Source: Pelomyxa schiedti | Taxonomy: Eukaryota; Protista; Evosea | Reading direction: 5' to 3' | NCBI GenBank assembly: GCA_020536535.1 | Contig: JAHLWZ010000231.1 | Coordinates: 62,001 to 126,000, forward strand | Length of the DNA: 64,000 bases | Shown: in pieces, positions 36,501 to 47,293 of the stretch | How positions within the stretch are numbered: position 1 is the first letter of the stretch | Layout: every line of letters begins with the position of its first letter | Program-made: the position numbers and the translations under genes | Notes under the pieces: generated by a model | What the model saw: only the letters and a program-made list of their open reading frames with translations | Database searches by the model: none | What the model was told of the DNA's origin: nothing

Positions 36501-39046
36501 TGGGAGGTGGGGGCTGTGAAAACCAATGCTGGTTTGAGTGCCATTTCTTAAGCCCAATGATCATAGTTTTAGCACGGTAGACAGTCACTAGAACAACGAC
36601 AAACGCAAAGAATGTGGGCATGTCAAGGAGCCACATTCCAATCTGTTTGATTACAACACTACGACACGCGTTGCGTGACTTGGCCTGAGCTACTTTAAAA
36701 TTCTTGTAAAGTGAAGGGAATCGCCAGCCAGTTGCAACAATAAGGAGTGCAAAAAAGGCAAATGGAACATCTATCATATCCACAAACAGCATGCCAAAAT
36801 GCTTTGCACAGAGTTTTCTCGTGTTCCAAGTTGTGGACTCGCCTGTACGAGGTCGCCATAGCTGATAGAAATCAGTGCTTGTTCTTAATTTATATAGGAA
36901 AGGAAGTAAACCTTCCATATATCACGCCAGAGGAAAAATGCTCTCCAAAGAAGAATAGTCACAAAGAGCGCCCCAATGGCAAATGGAAGATCCAAAAACC
37001 AGTTTCCAAAGTGGTACCAAATCCAACCACGAATTTCCCACTGATTGTGACTGTGGTATATGTGGTACCACATGAGAACGGCCCGCCACATGAAAAGTAC
37101 AGTAACAATCAAGCAGGCAAGAATGCAAGGAATATCCAACCAGAATAAGAGAAATTGGTACCAAACATGCTAAACATGTATGTTAATTACTTAGAAGAGT
37201 GGGTATGGAACCTTGCGGCGCTTTTTCGCAAGATGTAAATCGGGCAATCTAGCTTTCTTGGGGTTTTTTTTTAGAAATAAGGACCGAAAGAAAGTAATAC
37301 CTTTTCATTGATATCCTGCCATTTGAATAGAAAAAAAGGTAACCTCCAGGAACAGATAACAAAGGCACCCATGAAAAAAAAAGGTAAATCCAAGAGAAAA
37401 TAGCCAAATTGTTGAAGAGCCCGAGACTGGCCATAAAGTAAAGTGAATCTTCTTGTTGTATCTGAATATCCAAAGCCCCATTCATTCTAGTGGCACGTCA
37501 AAGAAGAAAGTGGTAAAACAAGATACATTAGTCTTTCTCCACTTCCTTATTAGGTTTGGTATACGGTAAATCGTCAGAATGACAAAAGGTAGCGTAAATA
37601 TCATCAAAATATCAACAATGAGGTTCCGGAATTGGTATGCTACAATAAGTCTGCGTGCAGAGGCATCAAAACCAGATGTCTACGAATGTGGCTTATAATG
37701 AGAGAGGCTGGTACTGCAATACTTTTGTCACAAGTGTGTAAATTATACATATGCCTCGATATATGAACAGGCACGTTACAATTGCCAGCATTATAAAGAA
37801 CATGTCCAAAAGACCTAATAATGAAGTCATTGTTGGAATTCCTCATGTTATTTATTGCCTTCTTTGGCTTCGTAAGCAAGGCAATAACGTTTATCATTGA
37901 TTGTGACTACATCCTTGTGTTCCAAAGAAAAAGAAATTAGGAGCGGAAAGGAGTTGGAAGCAGATGTAAAACCGTCTCTCTCCACTTTCTTACGAGGATA
38001 GGAAGTCGCCAAGGTGTTAACAGTACAATAATAATCAACGAAAAAGCTGGAAGATCAAGCAGACCATTCAATGCACCAATAATTATCCTGCCTCTCACCT
38101 TAGGCCGATCGAACAAACAAAGTACATCAAAAGAACCCCCATTGGAGGCATCCTAAAACGTTTTGTCAGTTGTTTTCATTTATTAGCACTGGTACCTTGA
38201 CACAGCGTTTACGCACTCCTGAAATTCTCCAGAAAAAAATCAGGAGAAATAAGGCAAAAAAGAGGGTGATAAAATCAATTACTATCATGAGAAAATTATG
38301 GAAAATTTCTCTACGGAGATTTCGGTCCACAGAACGAAGTCTAAGTACAGAGATAAATACAAAGGTCTTTATTTATGAGTTTAGGAACTACCTGTGACTC
38401 TTTGTGTCATGGCCTTCATCTTCCTCAGTTGCATCAAAGGATTTGACCAAAAAAACTATCAGAGCAGGAATCCTCACTACTGAGAGAATCGAAATAATCA
38501 GAGCCAGGAAAGCCAGGATATCTACTTGGCAGTCTAATAAATGAAACCAATATTTCCCTTTCATGAAATCGGCCCTATATGAAGCAAGGAAAAGTTAAAG
38601 AAGCAAGTGAAAAGCCGTAAATTACCACAAAAATTTCTTTTTAAGAAAATCTTCCCGTTGGCTGAAGATTAGGCCGATAATCCATGCAACTGTTGCCAAT
38701 TATAAATGAAAGGTGACGGTTTCATCTGGTGCTTGGATTTCAGGGTGAGAACACACAAAAGTAAAATTGCTACACCAATAGCAACACCAGTAGCATCAGT
38801 CAGTGCCCAGATCAGCACACCCAAACCGGGGCTTATACCAATCAGAATGGGCCAGTAGGACGTAAACATGATCCATTTCGGGATCGATAGTAAACCCTGC
38901 GCAAAACCACCCCGCGAAGTCACTGCGGCAAGACCCTGACATGCCAGAGTCAAAATGAGAGTTGGAGTGGTGCCTATGGCGAAACACGTGTAGCCAATAG
39001 CCTTCAAGAGGTACCGAAGTGCGACCACAATCGCAGCCTCAGGCAT
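30560..39046 (-). CDS. Very large polytopic membrane protein with about 19 tandem D-x-P...[WY]R hydrophobic repeats; function unknown
   Basis: ATG at 39046. Exons across 34430-38530 repeat units such as LDLPFAIGALFVTILLWRAF, IDVPFAFFALLIVATGWRFP and IDLPFVFFGAWVCLMPWRTF. These are followed by a T/S/P/E-rich insert (33720-34380), further hydrophobic exons and a more polar C-terminus. The exact 3' end is uncertain, and so is whether the region is a single gene. Confidence 0.7.
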
Positions 39047-39386
39047 TTATGCACCACACAGATCTTTGCTCCTTATGGCTGGCCTTGTGCCTGGGTGTTT
39101 CCGAGTGGTGTTGGTTGGGCAGATGAAGGACGGTTTTTTTTGTTATTTTAATGTAGTTTCGTTGTTTTTCTTGCAAAACATCAAAAAAAACCGACGGTGG
39201 AAGTTGGAGAAAACTTCAAGACCAGAGTTTAGAACTTAGAGCGTTAGGGCACCCTCGGCTGCAGATAAAAAAAAAGAACATGAATCTTCAGCAGAAAAAG
39301 ACTCACAACGAAAGACACGGCAAAACAAAACCCCGGAAGGAACGTTTCGGGAATAAAAAAAACAGAAAAACACAAAAAAAAAACTG

Positions 39387-40232
39387 ATGTCGAAGAAGGG
39401 GTCAGCGGCAGCGGCAAAGGGCGGGGCGACACCCTCTACGCCCAAGATGGAGATCGAACTGATGATGTGCGGTGAGGCCGGTAGCGGAAAGACGACAATG
39501 GTTTCGTGCTACATGCAAGGCCCCGGCGTAGCCGCCGCTCCTAACGCCCAAGGTTTCCACATCAAAAACATTGACATGCCCGACAGGAAACTCTGTGTGA
39601 AGGTTTGTTGGCGTTTTTTTTTTTTTTTTTTAAGTTGTACATTTTGGGGCTAAGAGCCGGAATATGATGAAGCTATAATGGAAACATAAATAATAAAGCA
39701 TATTCCCAAGTTAACATTTTTTTTGACCAAAAAAAAAGACGTGGGACAGCTCTGGTGAGGAGAGGTTCAGACACTTAACAACAGCTGCATATAAGCGAAG
39801 TGAAGGGTACTTGATCGTATTTGACCTGAATGACGAGGAGACGTTCTCTCGCGTTGTTGACTGGGGTGACGAAATCAAACGTTATTGCGCAAGTGAGACG
39901 AGGATAGTATTTGTGGTTGCTAACAAGACCGATTTGGAGAGGGTTGTAACTCGAGAGCAAGGTGAGCAAGCCGCTGCACAAATTGGCGCTACCTATTATG
40001 AGGTATTTGACTCTTTAGAGTCCTTAACCTCATATTTTACCAGGCTTGTGCGCTCAATGGGACCAATGTGAATGAAATTTTCAATGACTTGCTCACGAAA
40101 GTTGTGGCTGGCAAGGATGCTACTGATAAGGCAAAAAAGCCCTCTACTGGAGTTTCTGGTCTTCAAAGAACACCTAGTACCAGTGTTAGCAAGACTCCAG
40201 CAAAGAAGAAGAGTGGCTGCACCTTACTCTAA
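39387..40232 (+). CDS. Divergent Rab-family small GTPase with a CaaX (CTLL) tail
   Basis: GEAGSGKT, WDSSGEERFRHLTTAAYKRSEGYLIVFDL, VANKTDL, C-terminal KKKSGCTLL*. Introns at 39603-39738 and about 40003-40043. Confidence 0.9.
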
Positions 40233-40448
40233 CAAGTCGTCAGTCCAAATGTGTAAGTTCCAAATAACTGCTTGGTCCACTGACTCAACGCTCACAGATT
40301 GCTGTATATATAGTTGTTGTTATGCCACCCAAGCCCACTTTAAAACAAACTCTAACCTTTGATAAACCAAAACTCTTTTCTTGAACGACGTTTTCTTTTC
40401 GATCGGGAAAACAATTTCGCGAAAGCGGAGAACAAAAATCAAAAGCCG

Positions 40449-43400
40449 ATGGGCGTGAAGTCGTGGTTTGTGGTTGTTTATTGTGTTGTATTGGCACTAC
40501 TTCCCTGCCAGGTGAAAACAACCCACAAGTTTTATTAATGAGACCTTTCCACAAAACTCTAAACATGGATCTCAGGGGGAAGGGAGCGCACCCGTGGCGG
40601 GTTTTCGGCCTCCTGCAGTACCTTTGATAAACTGGGACCCGTACATGAACATCTATTCGTATGTGATTTCTTTGAGATCTCGTTATGGGGCAAAGGGTCC
40701 GCTGGTCATCGCCGGCTAATCGGGCCTCGACAGGTTCTCTGACAAGCTCACTGACAGTTGGCCAGTATTGTGGACTGGCACTGTTAAAGCTTTCGTCGGA
40801 ATGCTTCGCATCGATGGTGTTGCCTATAGGTTCATGGGGCCACAATCTCAGGATGGTGGTACTCTGCCAGATCCGATGGATCAGATATCTGTCAAGGTTT
40901 TCGTTTTGTCCAGATTTTATTTATGGAATGGGAACTCATAAGACAACCATAGGTCTATCCAACTCAGACTGAATACATTTTTTCAAAAGCAGGAGTGCAA
41001 CTCACTCTGACATTCACGACTCCAAAAATAGCGGAATCAACTTATGACTATATTTCACGCCCCATAACCTATTTGCAATATAAGGTCGTTTATCATCCTC
41101 TTTACTCTACTTAATGCTGCAGGTAGTCTCGACAGATAATCAACAACATACAGTGAATCTGTATTATGACAATACTGCCGAAATCTCAGTTAATGAAGTC
41201 AGTGAACTTGTTGTCTGGAACCGAATTTCAATTTCGGGGATGGTGGCAATGAGAATAGGGACTAATGCCCAGGATATTCTGGGAACTGTATCACTTCCTT
41301 TGTCTTGTTATCTCCTCCTCATTTGTTTTCTCCCTCTTTACATGTTGAAAAAAAAAGAAAGGGGATTACGTGGGAATTGATTGGGGGTATATGTACGCAG
41401 CAACCGAGGATTCTAATGGTGTCACCTCAGTGATCTCTGATGCTCTTAGTGCCAGGAATACATTTATTTCCTCTGGGTATTGAATAAATGAATTTGTTTG
41501 GTGTAATCACCACCAATGCAGGGCCCTTCCCACCACTGATGACAACGATATGCCCAGGAAATGCAACAACGATTGGCCCACACTGGCATTTGCCTGGTAC
41601 TTTGATAGAAAGAATATGATAATTTAAACTTCATAAAAAGGTCTTTCACAGTTGGTCCTGAAGAAGAAGTATCTCGTTACGTAATTGTAGCATATGATGA
41701 TATCTACTCAGTCAAGTACTTTGGAACCAGGTTGAAACCTTATTGGACCAATAAGTGGGGATCCATAGGTTTCTCAGTTGGCATTTTACTGTGATTTCTT
41801 ACATATTTTATCTTAGAATCGTTCATTCTGTATAGTTGGAGTGACATGAAAAATGTTCTTGCTATGTGTGACACATTTGATCAGAACCTTATTACAGAGT
41901 TGACTAATGTACATTCTCATTTTTGAGGGAAAATATCAAAGCTCACAAAATATATATTTAGGTTGGTGGTGAAAAATTCGCTACTATTGCAAGTCTTGCT
42001 TATAGGCAGACGTTTGCCGCAGGCAAGATGGTCTGGGATGTTGACAACTCTGGTCCTTGGTATGTGATGAAAGAAATTTCCAGTAATGGCGACTTTTCTA
42101 CTGTTGATGTAATTTTCCCAGCGTAAGCTGTTCTTTTATTGTTTTATGTGTCTCCTGTAAATCTCTACCAGTTCCCCTCTGTTTGCTTGGGCTGATCCAG
42201 AGCTTCTTCGTTTACTTCTACTCCCCATCCTGATGTAAGAATAAACCTGGGTTGTTATCTACTAAATGCCAAAGGTTTGCAAACAACGAAACAACGAACA
42301 ACTATGCGGAAGCATGGGCTCCACACCACTTAGGTACATATCCCATTGCCGATATGTATGTCCCCATACTCTTTGTCGTTAGACCCACCTTTCTAAAGCC
42401 GTACTGGAGAAGAAGAAGACATGCCAGTAGAGGAAACAGGCAATATGCTTATGATGATTGCACTAGTGACAAAACTTGAGGGAAAGTAGGATAAGTAACA
42501 TAGTTGTGGAACTGCATAATTTGGGTTAAGATTTGACTCCTCTTTTGACCACTACTGGTCATTGTTGATTCAGTGGGCGGACTACTTAATTTCCTCCCTT
42601 CCAGACACCGCCAACCAGCTCTGTACTGACGATTTTGAAGGTTATACTTTAACCATTGCACCTCCCAAGTCTAATTATTTATGAAGGGGTGAGTCCTGTA
42701 CTTCTGAGTTAATGTTATACAAACCAAAAAAAAAGCCCATTCCCCATGATGCCAATTTGGCAGTGAAAGGAATTGTAGCACTTGGCGCTTTCTCTTATGT
42801 TTGTCAAGTTAAAGGTGACACAACCAATGCTGATAAGTACTCTCAGTATGTCTTCCTGTAAACAATGAGCGACTACTAATTCGGCTTAACTAGAGCAGCA
42901 CAAGGTTTTGTGAGTCAGTGGTTGGACTTGGCTAATCCAGAACAGACTGATCACTACAGACTGGTGAGTAGTGACGCCCTTTTCCAGTTTAGTACAAATG
43001 TGCACAGAGATACGACGAGGCCGGGTGGAGCACGAAGTATAACCTGTTGTACCAAAGGCTCCTTGGCATTTCTGTGTTCCCTGAGTCTGTCCTATCGATG
43101 GAAACAGCCTACTACTACACTCAAATGAACAAATACGGTTTTCCCTTGGATTGCCGAGAGTACGGCTTCCCCTAATACTTCACTTCACTCACCCCTTTTG
43201 CAACCGCAGCACTTTTGCCAAATTGGACTGGGAAGCTTGGGCCGCAACGCAGTCCCTCAACTCAACTTTCTTCGTGGAAACTTTTGACGCCATCTACGAG
43301 TACACCTCCACCTCCTCAAAGACTTCTAATTGATTGCACTAAGATGGGCAAATGCCGCCCCAGACCGCGTACCCCTCAGTGATCTGTACTACACGACATC

Positions 43401-43512
43401 TGGGTCACAGTACCTCAACTTTAGGGTACATTCCTCTTCCCCCCCCCCCATACTCAATTCCAAACAGGCGAGACCTGTCGTTGGTGGTCTTTTTGCCCCT
43501 CTTCTCCTCTAG
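40449..43512 (+). CDS. Glutaminase A (GtaA)-like secreted protein (DUF5127/DUF4965/DUF1793-type architecture)
   Basis: Signal-like N-terminus; RPPAVPLINWDPY, IDWGYMY, AYDDIYSVKYFG, KEISSNGDFSTVDVIFP, APHHLGTYP, MPVEETGNML, NLAVKGIVALGAF, AKLDWEAWAA, C-terminal ARPVVGGLFA. Confidence 0.88.
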
Positions 43513-43558
43513 GGAAACACCCAACAAAGCTGAAGAGAAAGAAAAACCAAAAATTACA

Positions 43559-45582
43559 TTACATTATCAACTTTGTGCTGTTTTGTAAGTATTTCCAAGG
43601 CCAGAACTGTTGTGTGCACTGTTGCGGGTCTCCAAAGTTGTAACCTGAAAGTATTCCAAGGGTTCCCACACTATGTATGTTGGTTAGTGAAGTGCTAGAC
43701 TTGGGGCCATACGGAAATGCCACATATGCCACCAGGGCTGACACGACCATGTAGGTAAAAAGTTGCTTTTTGAAGGAAGCGGCGATGGGGGGTGGTTTCT
43801 TACAAATGTAAATCAATCTCAGTCTATCCACAAAAATCCTTGGATTTGGGTGTCAACTCCATACAAAAAAGGGAGTCACATACTCCAGAAGAGTTGCAAA
43901 AACAGCAATACATGCAATAAGAGGGAAAAACGGGATCCCAAGAAATATAATAAATTGCCGGTATAATATCTCCAAGTACTCTTCCGTCAGGTCAAACTCC
44001 GGCTGTTGCAGTATAAGATTAGACAGACTTTTTAACAGCACACTCTTAATTTTCTTAGTTCCTGAGAACCTTCATAAGATGCACATTGCTTCCGTATGTA
44101 GGGTAACACTAACGGTACAACAACTTCCAAAAAGTTTCCAACCTTTTCTAAAGTTATTGATAGTTTGAAGGCTCCCCATACAATAAGGTCAAGAAAGATG
44201 AGGCTCAGAAACTGGTCACCCATGTACACAAGTCCACACACACGTTCCTCTGCTGCAGTCTCAGATGAAGGTTGTAGGTGCAGTGAATCCAGTGGTAGAT
44301 CAGAGTCAATTAAGGGTACATCCCAGCTGTAGGAAAACATGTAGGAATATTTATCAAGTACCAACCAGCGTGAAATGTACACTACAATAATGTTCAGTAT
44401 CTAATTAACTTTAGGTGGGCCACGAATTGTAAATACCTTAAATATGAACCACTTGAAAAGCAGGTGACTCTTAAAAGTAGAACGAGTTGTGTGCCGCTCA
44501 AAAGTATTCAGCTTCACTGCAATCCAGGACCACAGGGTCCTTGTGGACGTAACCACAATTGAAATTAGAGTTGAAGCTCTATGCGTTGTGAGATTTACCC
44601 CCATCAAAGGGCAAACATAGTTGATTTCATGAAATTCTTCTCCAGGATAGCAAATGCAAAAGTGAAGCCACAAGAAATGCTCAGAAGTCCAAGGAAGACA
44701 AGAAACGAAACAGCAAAACGCCAGCTGCGTTGAAACACTGTAATGCCCAAATTATCCTGGAATGCTCATGACAAGATGTAGCTCAGGGCATAAAATTCAC
44801 CTCAATAATATCCTCGTCACATAATAAATGCTCTTCAGATTCTGCGTCTCTTTTATGCTTTCTTTGTTCCAAGTATTTCGAGATAAAGAGGTTATACAAC
44901 CATCTTAAAAATGACACAATCAGGGCCAAGTAAAGAAATGCCGAATTTACCCAGAAAAGAACCAAGAAAATCCAAGGAAAGAGGTGGACATAAACCTGGA
45001 AAGGGTCAGCGTGAGAGTGAGACGAATTTCCAGTCCTCACCAATAAGTAAAAGATGAGCTGCGATAAGAAGAGAGGTAAAATAGTTTCCGCTTATTATAT
45101 ACATCCCCAAACTTGTATGTATCGGGGAGTTCCCAGTCTTCTGCTGTTACATCCAAGAAAAAATGCGGTATTATATTGGAGAGTACTAACAGGTGTGGGT
45201 AAAAAGAAAAAAAAAAGTGGTGACTTACCAATAATACTTTGAAACATATTAAACAATAATGTGAACAAAAGAAACCTGAAGTATAATTCTACACTGGAGC
45301 CATAACTATGTGAAAAAGTAAAAAACAGGTTTCTTCAGGTGGGGGAAAAACACACCTCACTCCCAGGTCCTTTTTCGTTGCACAACACAAACTGGGCCTC
45401 GCTCTCAACGAACCGCCCTCGACATCACCTTCCCAGGTGAGCAGAAACAACATTACCCACAAAAAAAAAAAAAAAACAAAAAAAAAACTTGACAAACCAA
45501 GTGCAGCGTAATGGTCGTAGTCGCTATCAACCGCAGTACCCTCCAGCTCAATTCCAGTGTCGTTCTCACCACCCGATGTCAT
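43559..45582 (-). CDS. Transmembrane channel-like (TMC-family-like) protein, compact
   Basis: Multiple hydrophobic exons. NTFERHTTRSTFKSHLLFKWF, YVGDQFLSLIFLDLIV and PEFDLTEEYLEILYRQFIIFLGIPFFPLI..LIYICKKP resemble the TMC core (ExH..; YVGQE; EFDIxxNVLxLIYxQ). Confidence 0.7.
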
Positions 45583-45729
45583 GTCTCGTGCCTTCAAAGA
45601 AACAGTTGCTGGCAAAGTGTTCGTGTGTCTGTTGCGTCGTCGTTCTCGGCCCCCACTCGAAGGATTTCGCGGTGATTGCTGGCACCAAGTTGGAAAGCTA
45701 ATTCAGGCCTGCTTATCAGCACCGGGGAC

Positions 45730-46245
45730 CAAAGGTGCGGACGAATATTCGTACTTCGAATAAATTCGATTTTTTTTGACTATTCGTCGAATGTCGAATG
45801 CCTGTTACTATTTGGCTGAATAAAAAAAACACCAGACGGCCGATCCTGAGCGACGATAACGAAAAGTACAGCGTTCCGGTCTGTTGATTATTTTATTCAG
45901 CCATTTGGTATTCGGTTCTTTTGTTGTTGTACGTGGGAAAGTGTCTGCCCACACTATTGGTGGGGGTAGATACAATTAATAGTTGCCTACATAAAGTGTT
46001 TGTACCTTGCGTGCCCCGTTAACGTAAGATGTACGTGTCCCTTTTTGCCGGATTTGCGACAGTCTAAGAGGCCACAAAAAAAAAAACCCTTCGCATAACA
46101 ATCAATAATGAGGACCGGCCAGTCTAGTCTGAGGTATGCACAAGTTGGAGAACACCTCGAATATCGAACGTCGAATACCGTTTTTTTGGCCGAATATTCG
46201 TTTTTCGAATACCATCCTGGCCTATTCGGTATTCGCGCAGCTTTG
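45730..46245. mobile_element. Non-autonomous hAT-like DNA transposon (MITE), 516 bp
   Basis: Exact 8-bp direct repeat CCGGGGAC at 45722-45729 and 46246-46253. Imperfect terminal inverted repeats CAAAGGTGCG / CAAAGCTGCG (9/10). Many CGAATA/TATTCG subterminal motifs at both ends. No transposase ORF. Confidence 0.88.
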
Positions 46246-46590
46246 CCGGGGACTCTGGGGGCTCACTGACATTTCAGAACTGACAGACCCGTCAACAGGG
46301 GCACTCAGACTCACACTACCTGATAAAAAAAAACCTGAGCAGCAACCACTGACCCTCACCTTCTCCTTCTTGGCTTCTCGTTTCTGAACTAAATGAAGAA
46401 TCGTATTCTTGCTGTCGGTAACTCTGTTGTGAGTGTTTTTGTGTCAAGGACAAGTGGTTCTTTAATTTTATTTCATAACACCAATCCACGGCTTGAGGGT
46501 GATTTTCGTAGGATAATAATTCCTTGTGGTAGAGCTCTTTGTAGCGGCAATCCAGCTACTGACTTTTTTCTGTCTTTTTTTTTCTTTCTT

Positions 46591-47242
46591 TTAGTGTGAT
46601 TGTTGCAGTAGAAAATGTTGGAATTCTTTCAGCTGGGCTATAAACCCCTCATTGGGTGATATCTGCGGGGTAGATAATAATTAGACAGACTTATTCAAAT
46701 GGAGTTCACATACAGGTCTGATATTGGATAGAACTTCATAAGCCTTTTGGAATGTCCAATTATTCTTCCACATTAAGTATGCCAGAACCACTGTTGCTGA
46801 TCTGCTGACTCCCAATCCACTTAGGGTATTAATCAGTTACAGTAAGTCATTTCGGGTCACAGGCTTACAGTACCAGTGAACCAGTACTCCTCCAGCATCC
46901 CTTCCTGCATCAATAAACTAGATAGAGGTGAAAACCAAAAGGTTCACTCACCTCCTCGTTCATGGAGGAATTTCAAATGAAAGGTAAGAATAAAAGGCAA
47001 AGAAGTCAACACACCTTGTTGCATTCCTCAAACCTTTCAATTAAATTTTGATTGTCAACATCCATTGCCAAAATGTGCAGTTTTTTCTGAGCCCAGGAGG
47101 TGTCCAGTGACCACATTGGCTCATACGCAACCACTGATAGGCACCACTTCACACCCTTTGAAGCCATCAGTTCCCCATTTCCTGCTGCTGATGTGCCTCC
47201 AATAAACAGCCCAGGGCACACTTCGTCCATCACTGAAACCAT
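46591..47242 (-). CDS. Atypical dual-specificity protein phosphatase
   Basis: EVCPGLFIGG, AMDVDNQNLIERFEEC, spliced VLVHCGLGVSRSATVVLAYLM (CX5R), ISPNEGFIAQL. Stop TAA at 46591-46593. Confidence 0.92.
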
Positions 47243-47293
47243 TTTTTCCTATCATCTAGGTATTAAAAAACACAACGAAAATCTTTTGTTGCC

